From IMG/VR virus record IMGVR_UViG_3300027708_000072, positions 628 to 64,627 of that record: 64,000 nt of DNA; one strand, written 5' to 3'. The position numbers and the translations under genes were made by a program. The notes beneath the pieces were generated by a model. The model did not search any database and was not told where the DNA came from. It saw only the letters and a list, made by a program, of their open reading frames with translations. Positions within the stretch are counted from its first letter, which is position 1, and each line of letters begins with the position of its first letter. Origin of the DNA: a virus (lineage: Duplodnaviria > Caudoviricetes). This document shows, piece by piece, positions 57,601 to 64,000 of the stretch.

Positions 57601-60600
57601 TTTTAACACGAACCCATGATTTAGTTTGTGTAATATTATTTGTTTCGTATGAATATATACTCCAATTACCGTTTGCAATCGAATCTGAATTTACTAACGC
57701 TGAAAACGGTCTGATGCTTAATGTTGTAGACGATGTATAACCTTTTCCGCCCGATGTAATTTTTGCACCAATAATTTGCCCTGCAATATCAATTACTGCT
57801 GTTAATTTTGCGCCAGTGCCTGCACCGATAATTTTTATTTCCGGAGCATTAGCATACCCAGATCCTGCAGAAATAATTTTTATACCTGTTATACTACCAT
57901 TTTGAATTACAGGAATCACAACTGCCGATTTTGCAGTTGATACCGCAATAATTCGTAATTCTGCTTCAGTATCAACAACAGTATCGTATTCTCCTAAAAA
58001 TTTATACGGGGCAATGTCATAACTTTCTAATGCTGAAATATTTTTTTGTTCAGTAATTTGTTCTATTATTAATATTTTGTTAACACGCTCTGTAAATTCT
58101 TTTAATGCTTCGAATGCATTAATAAACATACCCTGGCGCGGGCGACTTTCGATACCGTATCGTAATTTAGCTGGTAAATTTAAATCTGGAACTGGTCTGT
58201 CTGCCTGATCTTTGCCGCATAAACTGTCAAACCATTTTTGTTCAATAACAGATGGCAATATAGTATTAGGATTATTGTCTATTAGTTTCCACTGGGCATG
58301 TGTATTTTGCGTAGTATTTTCTACAGTCCAATATTCAATGCCTAAAACAACATCCGATCCTTTTAATAAATTCTGACAATTAACAAGACTAAATGAATTA
58401 GTACCTGTTACTACAACAAATGGATAATTTCTTCCTCGAGGATTACTAATTAACTCAGATACTGAATTAGCAGAAGTTGTTCTGCCTTCGATATCCGGCG
58501 TTAATGTTTTATTTTTAACCCAGAAATAATAGGTATTTTGAAAACTTTGACTTAATGTATTGTATGTTTGCACAACACTATAGCTATCTAGATATAATGG
58601 TAATCCGCTGATACCCTTCGTTAATCCAGTAGTAGTATCTGCTTGTAATTTCCAATCAGTAGGTTTGAATGTAGTTTTTACCCACTCGTAAACATCAATA
58701 GTTGCTCCGGTTGCCAGGGTATTCAACACACTATTTCTATAAACTAGATCTTCTGAATGGTTGTCAACAAACTTAGCTGTACGCAAATCCCACCATAATT
58801 TTCCAACTTGTTTTTCGGCCCACGCCGATCCGACATCAACATTAACTGTAGAAGGGCCTGTAGAATATATAGCTGGATCGTAATATGTTTTATAGTCGAT
58901 CTCTTGTTCAGCAGTTCCAGCAATTTTTCCTAATATCGGATCTATTATATCTAAATAGCGGACTAACTTATTAGTAGTTTTGTTATACAAAAATACTTGT
59001 TTAATTTTGTTAAGATCTATTAAATCAGTTTGATTATGGATAGATTTCCAACTATATGTTCCTGCAATTTTTTCGTAAGAGTATACTTTTCCTGAATTTA
59101 TTTCTTCAATAGAAATATTTTGTTGCTTATCATTTAATATATCAGTGGCGTGAGGAGCTCCGACTAAGATTGCATTTTTAGCAATTGCAAAACTTTGGCC
59201 AAAACCATCAGTAGATTTATTACTACTTGACAAATATTCTCCAGAAATCCATTTTGTTAAGTATTTGTCATATATGTCAATTCGTCCTGCATTTAATGTC
59301 AATTCCTTAAATTCTAATGCACCGGAATCAAAGGTAGTCGGTTCACCGGTACGTGTACGACTGGTAATCTGGTCGGCGTCAAATGTGGTTGGAGTAAATG
59401 TGTCGGCGCCTGGACTATAAATTGCAAGGGTCTTATCATTGTCTGAAAAATCAACTTTAGTTCCAAACAAATCTCCCGATTCTGCATGGGGACTTTCTAT
59501 CTCTTGATATAAACTATATGTATTTCCTATATTTTTATTATTACTGTAGATTAAAACTTGGCCTTCGTTTACAGTTGCTCCAGAATATAATGGAGACCCT
59601 ACGGCCAAATAATTGCCGTCTTGAGATATTTTTACGCTTGTTCCGAACTGGGCGGCATCTTTGATAATACTGCCATCAGTTAATGTTGCTACATTAATTG
59701 ATGCATTTCGAGTTACAGTTCCAACATTTACAGTTATAATTCCTGATCCCGAGCTTCTGTTAAATGTTACCTTGTCGCCTACTGCATATCCATAACCCGC
59801 ATTACTAATTCGTAAACTAGTAACTTCTGAGCCGCCTGTTAACGTATTTGCTAAACCTGTATTAACTACTAAACTAATTGCAGTTGTTACTGTGATGTTT
59901 GTTGGTAATACTTGATCTACAATGTAAGTACCGGTGCCGCCTGTGCCTGTGCCCGTAAGTAATAATGTTGTATTAGAAACAGCTTGACTTATACTAACTT
60001 GCCAATTTGTACTTGCGCCAGATACTATGGTGGTACCAGGAACAACATTACTACCTGTAACCAACATTCCAATTTGAGGATTTCCGCCAGTTATTCCTGA
60101 GAATGTTAATGTTGTCCCAGAGATGATTGCACCTGTTAAACTGATTCCAGATATAATTGTTGGACTTGAGTAAATGTATCGACTTGTTGCCGAGAATGAA
60201 CTAACTGTTTGAGCTGGGGTAACGTAGTATGTTCCGGCCTTACCTTCGCCTGTACCGGACGCAATGATAGTAGTATTAGCGGCCGCACCACCACCACTAA
60301 CTTGTTGTCCTAATAAAATTGAACCTGTTACTGTTCCGCTGGCCGTTAATACTACAGGTGTACCTGTAATAAAAGTTGGCACTACTGTTTGTAATGTACT
60401 AACGACCCATTCGGTATCCGAACCACTTACAACATACGTACCTGCAATAACACCAGTACCACTCAACACCATTCCTGAAAATAGTGCAACGCCGGTCGAG
60501 CTTGTAAATGTTAAAGTAGTGCCGTTGATCTGTGCATCATTTAAAAATGCTTGCAATGTGGCTTGGGTACATGTTGCGGTTTGGCTAGTACTTACTGACC

Positions 60601-63600
60601 ATGTTGTGCCGGAACCGCCTGTGATATATGTTCCTTCTAATACTGAACCGCCAGATAATAGCATGCCTATTTCAACTGGAGACCCTGATGAACTTGTAAA
60701 TGTTAACGTATTTCCACTAATAGTTCCTGAAGGGACCGTAGCAGTTGTACAAGTAGATACTTGCTGAATATTAACTACCCAATTTAATCCGCTACCACCG
60801 GTTACAGTGGTGCCGGCTAGAACTGAACCTCCACTTAATACCACGCCTGCTGTTAATGCAGTACCTGTATAGGTAGAGAATGATAGCAAATTTCCAATAA
60901 TGGTTGCATTTGTTTGTGTAGCGGTTATTGTGACCGGCGAGGATATTGTTTGTGTTATATTAACTGTCCAAGTTGTTCCCGACCCGTATAATAATTTAGT
61001 TCCGCTGGCTACTCCACCATTAGTCAATACCATTCCTGCTACAACCGGGTCTCCTCCTGTAACTGCATCAAATGTCAGTGTTATTCCATTTATAACTGCA
61101 TTGTACAGTGTGGCAACTCCTCCAATTAATGAAGTGACTACGCCCGATAATGTTGCAGTACCTTTTGAAATAATTGCTCCGGTAAATGTAGAAGGAGCAT
61201 CTAAACTTGGATTTGTTAACTGCATTCCAGGTTTGATTTTTTCATATAATGTTGCAGTAATTTGTTTATTTTTAACAGAAAGAGGATTATTGATATTCCA
61301 TATTTTGCCAGAACCGCTAACAATATAGATGTTTTCAGAAATACCTTCACCGGATAGTATCATGCCTGGAATCACTGGGGAACCGGCAATTTCTTCTGCT
61401 GTGATAACTGTACCAGAAATAGAACCAACAATTTTCGTAACAATATTATTTTGCCCGGCTGTAATACTACTAATAGTTAATACGTTAGCTGATAAAGTTG
61501 AAACAACTGTTGCTTTGTTAATTTCTGTAATATATGTTCCAGATGCAAATGCATTTGGAATAGTTGGTGAAAATAAGTTATGACCTATTTGAAAATTATC
61601 TATCGTAGTAACAGGAACAACAATCTCGCCAACAAGAGCGCCTGACGTAGTTGCTTGAGAAATATTAAAAGTTAAACCTCTTCCTGATGCAGTTGTTGTT
61701 GTTAAAATATCGGTTCCGGTGTTTGCTCCTGCAAAACTTATTGGCAACCAATAATTGGTATTTGCTGGTGATTGATTTTGTACATCAACAATAGCAACAT
61801 AATTAGTACCACCGTACGTCATAGTATCGCCTATTTTGTATGCGATTCCAGAACTATAAGTTGTAGTCGACCATGTTGTATGTAATACAGCACCTTGCCC
61901 TAATGGATTTACTACAGTAATAGTATCGCCAACTTTATAATTTTGACCGCGTTCTCTTACTGTTACTGTTTGAATTACACCATTAGAGTTTACTAATCCG
62001 TCTACAATTAATCCAGTACCCGAACCGTTTGTAGTAGTTAGATTTTGAAGTTGGGTAATTGGAAAACTATTAACGCCGGATCTAAAGCCCCAGCCGCCAA
62101 CTAAAGAAGATGTGTTAAATGATGAAACTCCATTTGTTGTAGTTGCTGGTGTTATTTGTTGAGTAGCTCCGGTAATTGTTTGAAATACTGTATAAACACT
62201 ACTATCGTTCAATCGATAAATGTATACAAATCCTGCATAAGGAGCACCAATAACTAATATAGAACTATCTTGTGTTGCTGACAGGGTTAGTCCAAATCCA
62301 AGACTAGTACCATTAGTAACACTAATGCCGGGTCGATTCAATACCCATCGATCTGCTGTGCTTGCTATTGCTAGGGCCGGCCCACCATCGAATTCTGTAG
62401 TATTAGATGCTAGATATCCAGTGGATGCATTTCCTGCATCGTATGTAGCTGTAACATTTGCACTAGCATTATCGCCGTCTGCATCTAATACAGATTTAAT
62501 AGCAGTAGTTCCTAAACCAGCAATAAACTTAATTTCAAATACAGTTGCTTGTGTTCCGTAATTTGTATTACCTATAGATCCAACAAACAATCTACTATCA
62601 CTAAAAGTCAAACTAGAACCAAATTGTTGACCAGTTATATTATCGCCACTAGTGATTGTAAACAAATATAAAAACTCGTTATATGCATTTTTTTGATACA
62701 GACTAACTGCGCCAGTTAGTGTGCTAGTCGAATTTGTTCCAGATATATCGCATAGGATATTTCCGTTTGCGGCTACTCGTGTGGCCAATTTGCCAGCTCG
62801 AGGAGTACCAATTGCTAAAAATTCGCCGTCGGCACTAATCGCCATAGTTTCAGCAAACGTATCTGGAAGATTTGGATCTTGGCCAAATTCATACTGCGAC
62901 ATGAATGGTCGCTTGATAATTTGTCTAAAAATCCACTGAGCACCTTGTTTTGCATAGACAATTGCTTCGCCAACTTGCGTTGCAACTACGGCAACAGTGC
63001 CTTCTATATCAGTTACCACAACACGGCCGTGGGCTTGATCTTGTATAGGATAAGGTTTTCTAATTTCGTGCGGAGTGTATACCGGATTTAATTCTAAAGT
63101 AGACCATTTTCCAGCACCATTATCATCTATCCAAATTTTATCTTTAACTTGTGTATAAGTTTTAATAACGGTGTTTGCATCGTCGATTGACGATACCCTT
63201 ACAGGGTATAAATTAAAAATTTCTAAATTAGATTTGATATCATCGGCAGTTGGCCACTCGGCAGTTGGCGTAAACGACGAAGCATCTAATGTAACTGATT
63301 TTAAATCAACTTCTTTAATTTTATAAAACCCTGCAAATGCTACTTGTTTAAGACCAATATAATATCCAACAATACTTGGATCCAATCGATTTTCAGTTGT
63401 GATAGTAATTGTTTTTGTTTTGTTAGTATATACAGCATCTATTGGGGAGACTTTGGCAGAAGTAAATCTGTAAATGTTCCAACTTGTTTTGTCAAAAGAT
63501 ACCCACACAAACATTCCGTCTTTAAACGTAGTAATATCTCTAGTTGCAAGATCAGAAATATTTTTAACTTGTACTACATCGTCGCCCGACTGTACATGTC

Positions 63601-64000
63601 CAGACGATCTTAAAAAATATTTTTGACTATTTTTAACTGGGAAGGGATTAGCATTATATCCCTGCGGTTTTAGATAGACTGTATTAGCTGGAATGTTTAT
63701 ATTATAGTTGTTAGAAGATTCAGGCTGTAGTGTTAGAAAATAACCCTGTGGATTTTTACTAAAATCAGGTTCTTCTATAACAAATTCAACTGCTTCGTAC
63801 GCTTGACTTGCGCCGTACTGCCCAACACGAATTCCCCATTCTTCAAAGAATGTTAAACTTTCTCGATTATCGGCACTTAGTACATCGAATAATTTATTAA
63901 GACTATTCTGTGTTCCTTTTTCTTTTATCATGCCTTGATAAAATTGAAATTCACTAATGTTATCTTGAATAATGTTACTTAGATATTGTCGTTTTTGATA
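51644..64000 (-). CDS. Giant virion structural (baseplate wedge-type) protein, >4100 aa, 5'-truncated by window edge
   Basis: Frame stays open from 63931 to 64000 (YQKRQYLSNIIQDNISEFQFYQG-MIK); beta-propeller-like FG...GAP repeats, GxGY repeats and Thr/Gly repeats. Confidence 0.8.
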   Translation of the reverse strand, partial: YQKRQYLSNIIQDNISEFQFYQGMIKEKGTQNSLNKLFDVLSADNRESLTFFEEWGIRVGQYGASQAYEAVEFVIEEPDFSKNPQGYFLTLQPESSNNYNINIPANTVYLKPQGYNANPFPVKNSQKYFLRSSGHVQSGDDVVQVKNISDLATRDITTFKDGMFVWVSFDKTSWNIYRFTSAKVSPIDAVYTNKTKTITITTENRLDPSIVGYYIGLKQVAFAGFYKIKEVDLKSVTLDASSFTPTAEWPTADDIKSNLEIFNLYPVRVSSIDDANTVIKTYTQVKDKIWIDDNGAGKWSTLELNPVYTPHEIRKPYPIQDQAHGRVVVTDIEGTVAVVATQVGEAIVYAKQGAQWIFRQIIKRPFMSQYEFGQDPNLPDTFAETMAISADGEFLAIGTPRAGKLATRVAANGNILCDISGTNSTSTLTGAVSLYQKNAYNEFLYLFTITSGDNITGQQFGSSLTFSDSRLFVGSIGNTNYGTQATVFEIKFIAGLGTTAIKSVLDADGDNASANVTATYDAGNASTGYLASNTTEFDGGPALAIASTADRWVLNRPGISVTNGTSLGFGLTLSATQDSSILVIGAPYAGFVYIYRLNDSSVYTVFQTITGATQQITPATTTNGVSSFNTSSLVGGWGFRSGVNSFPITQLQNLTTTNGSGTGLIVDGLVNSNGVIQTVTVRERGQNYKVGDTITVVNPLGQGAVLHTTWSTTTYSSGIAYKIGDTMTYGGTNYVAIVDVQNQSPANTNYWLPISFAGANTGTDILTTTTASGRGLTFNISQATTSGALVGEIVVPVTTIDNFQIGHNLFSPTIPNAFASGTYITEINKATVVSTLSANVLTISSITAGQNNIVTKIVGSISGTVITAEEIAGSPVIPGMILSGEGISENIYIVSGSGKIWNINNPLSVKNKQITATLYEKIKPGMQLTNPSLDAPSTFTGAIISKGTATLSGVVTSLIGGVATLYNAVINGITLTFDAVTGGDPVVAGMVLTNGGVASGTKLLYGSGTTWTVNITQTISSPVTITATQTNATIIGNLLSFSTYTGTALTAGVVLSGGSVLAGTTVTGGSGLNWVVNIQQVSTCTTATVPSGTISGNTLTFTSSSGSPVEIGMLLSGGSVLEGTYITGGSGTTWSVSTSQTATCTQATLQAFLNDAQINGTTLTFTSSTGVALFSGMVLSGTGVIAGTYVVSGSDTEWVVSTLQTVVPTFITGTPVVLTASGTVTGSILLGQQVSGGGAAANTTIIASGTGEGKAGTYYVTPAQTVSSFSATSRYIYSSPTIISGISLTGAIISGTTLTFSGITGGNPQIGMLVTGSNVVPGTTIVSGASTNWQVSISQAVSNTTLLLTGTGTGGTGTYIVDQVLPTNITVTTAISLVVNTGLANTLTGGSEVTSLRISNAGYGYAVGDKVTFNRSSGSGIITVNVGTVTRNASINVATLTDGSIIKDAAQFGTSVKISQDGNYLAVGSPLYSGATVNEGQVLIYSNNKNIGNTYSLYQEIESPHAESGDLFGTKVDFSDNDKTLAIYSPGADTFTPTTFDADQITSRTRTGEPTTFDSGALEFKELTLNAGRIDIYDKYLTKWISGEYLSSSNKSTDGFGQSFAIAKNAILVGAPHATDILNDKQQNISIEEINSGKVYSYEKIAGTYSWKSIHNQTDLIDLNKIKQVFLYNKTTNKLVRYLDIIDPILGKIAGTAEQEIDYKTYYDPAIYSTGPSTVNVDVGSAWAEKQVGKLWWDLRTAKFVDNHSEDLVYRNSVLNTLATGATIDVYEWVKTTFKPTDWKLQADTTTGLTKGISGLPLYLDSYSVVQTYNTLSQSFQNTYYFWVKNKTLTPDIEGRTTSANSVSELISNPRGRNYPFVVVTGTNSFSLVNCQNLLKGSDVVLGIEYWTVENTTQNTHAQWKLIDNNPNTILPSVIEQKWFDSLCGKDQADRPVPDLNLPAKLRYGIESRPRQGMFINAFEALKEFTERVNKILIIEQITEQKNISALESYDIAPYKFLGEYDTVVDTEAELRIIAVSTAKSAVVIPVIQNGSITGIKIISAGSGYANAPEIKIIGAGTGAKLTAVIDIAGQIIGAKITSGGKGYTSSTTLSIRPFSALVNSDSIANGNWSIYSYETNNITQTKSWVRVKTQSYDTRNYWESVDWYASGFNQFSVIDFAIDTFAEIGTLNPVVGQTVKVRIAGSKGWQLLYCYSLVDSIDWTQRYKVVGIENGTIQLSQKLYNFQNNNIGFDGSTYDSIGYDFTASRELRIILNCLKDNILTDTLKQNYLDLFFASVRYAHSEQTYIDWAFKTSFVKAQHNVGNLKQTITYKNDNLPDFQDYINEVVPYKTTVREYVSNYTSIDNSSSVVTDFDLPSVFQPGKNQNISASIKNGVIVSNNDIIKSYPWKHWLDNIGYQITSVVITNNGTNYVSEPTVRILSDSGTGAQARAFIANGKVTRILLLNPGSGYLSAPTIVIDGGGSSTSALATAVAIIGKGLVRSSLIKMKFDRITDQYYIIQLNETQAFEGTGGKTNFALTWAPDIKINSATVKLNGVSALRDSYTISTVKSTSKGYTSYSGLIKFKTAPLAGVVVTVDYLKDIDLLNASDRIQYFYNPGTGQLGKNLNQLMTGVDYGGVVVTGLDYSTPQGWSSVGYMQDLWDSYENVYNDYIVTIDADTVVTRVFELPYVPEVLTSVNIYYQPVISNTYISDGAKTIYSFSLKFNLIDSVIVTLDKLVAGVTRTITATSTEVINITQTINGFNYLKGSTANLSVNKPITFITGTFGGFISNQIYYVKEIIDVGTFTVASSVGGSVFTVNSALGTMQMRYGTSSNYLTGSTLNLYVGLPFQVNGTLFGGLVEKTTYYVKEIINSTTFTISDTSGGDIFPLVSAQGTMALQQVAASPQLILSLNNTTGLKIGDVATCNIAGAIADGTKIEKIINSTTLLLSNILYGDILAGINIRFVRTLIAPSNFRYITNNSLQLSEAPAAGANITISATNDPVRLDDENFTKQWIISKTEVSSNTITTITPITFKVGDLITFTGTTFGNINSNTPYYVKDVIDNRTFKISATSQLATEFKLINATGSCVAKSSGNQLAVMPTFLADGYSNIITIPNTYTMKVGDLIIFRKSTSDGAVAVNENDFDTALDGGTLVYDSATGLDPADIILDGDGFVTETTGGGPEELVNGQVVDAVAIKVFDRPSDGSASIKVLSYIANGVNKKFGLEQFPNSSDAVYVKVNSNILTTGTDYYLDYPNKQVVIRTAPAAGSIVTIHSFGFNGTNILDVDYFVANGSTKEFITKAPYLDTAFTYVAYLDGVPIQPTLFKTDSTYDSPNRIGFRFSIAPNKFSVLNYLIVSGNQQTFSIFKNEKLPTNGSTTYTLSSTIGSSLPLETSIIVRANQLILSGPNTSYFTISGNNYGYTLNPLATQAYSISTTDITVYADGNLLKISTDYTVDTAGVTININKRVYSTYKGKRLIVNVKSAQDYYIVGNTISFNTPYTSDDYVEIVSAYKHDILQIQRTRTKATNNLQFSQATSTYYKYVGVLGGRIELASAISLESQLLVTKNKRLLTNGVDYKINPDLSSISLDIPIAINDEFETIIFAGTPIQPGLSYMQFKDILNRTVYKRLNLYKQNILTQDLYYYDKEIFVKDAGNFDKPNSALNKPGIVEINGERIEYFTIKNNTTLGQLRRGTLGTGIPTVHGSGSRVQDIGPSETIPYIDTFKTETVLVDGVGVDMIIPLSFVPSKSTAWTVSPDNFSLFSGSTIYKFISKTGTGPYLVAFAIAKQKTAPAIDKLLLVSNNANKLYNGYCSISSADISQQFSIIPTTINNFTAVGNALSVTFTIPMQTIAPTINCYYVISGAVPIQYNGAWLCTTSSTTTITLSITNNYGVFSTLPKLIESTNTVTVTYTSDPGTYASSQITTISAPDYGQADEIEVFVGGYDDSTIWTSDTVFYEDQIITVNSQIYRIITTHKSGKTFNSAVTTLDADGLTIATGVSASSVRTYFVGSTRLRKKPFSVYNVENGPTSPEADVSFKADFAVDGINAELVLNNKLSPGTAVTIIRKVGQSWTENGDSLQNSQTKIAKFITAVPGVWITSNRITSTQAGTTTATVTLDSVNGTFDNDTTTFDQGN

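Noticed and set aside
1-64000. Alternative genetic code (stop-codon reassignment) as in some jumbo phages
   Set aside because: Genes tile densely in the standard code, known enzymes are full length, and TAA, TGA and TAG all appear as stops.
1-64000. tRNA or riboswitch (for example preQ1) sequences
   Set aside because: Intergenic gaps are mostly under 90 nt and no cloverleaf or aptamer consensus was recognised by eye; tRNAscan/Infernal would be needed to exclude them.

Overview
The window is an internal, AT-rich segment of a large (jumbo-type) tailed dsDNA phage with T4-like gene content. It uses the standard genetic code; I recognised no rRNA, tRNA or CRISPR array. There are two convergent transcription blocks. 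The + strand block (1 to ~36.1 kb) holds: (i) the 3' end of a ClpA-like chaperone; (ii) a probable late cluster of head-packaged proteins sharing short N-terminal signals and shuffled peptide modules, including a ligase-fold protein, an HxGH nucleotidyltransferase and a 946-aa ejection-protein candidate, with Dps in the same cluster; (iii) a replication module (DsbA-like protein, family-B DNA polymerase, probable sliding clamp, 5'-3' exonuclease, ThyX); and (iv) a MoxR AAA/VWA pair. Interleaved with the replication genes is a 7-deazaguanine modification locus (TGT/DpdA-like, HRH-type T-fold protein, FolE, atypical QueE). It also carries a UDP-sugar dehydrogenase, two oxidoreductases, a glycosyltransferase resembling the DUF3524/queuosine-mannosyltransferase family, a purine PRTase and a restriction-enzyme-like nuclease. 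The - strand block (36.0-64 kb) holds a >4100-aa baseplate-type protein open at the window edge, paralogous tail/baseplate/fibre proteins and a cluster of four glycosyltransferase-like genes. The best candidate for an undescribed system is a replication-coupled, glycosylated 7-deazaguanine DNA hypermodification paired with a nuclease. All family assignments come from motif recognition by eye, not database searches.
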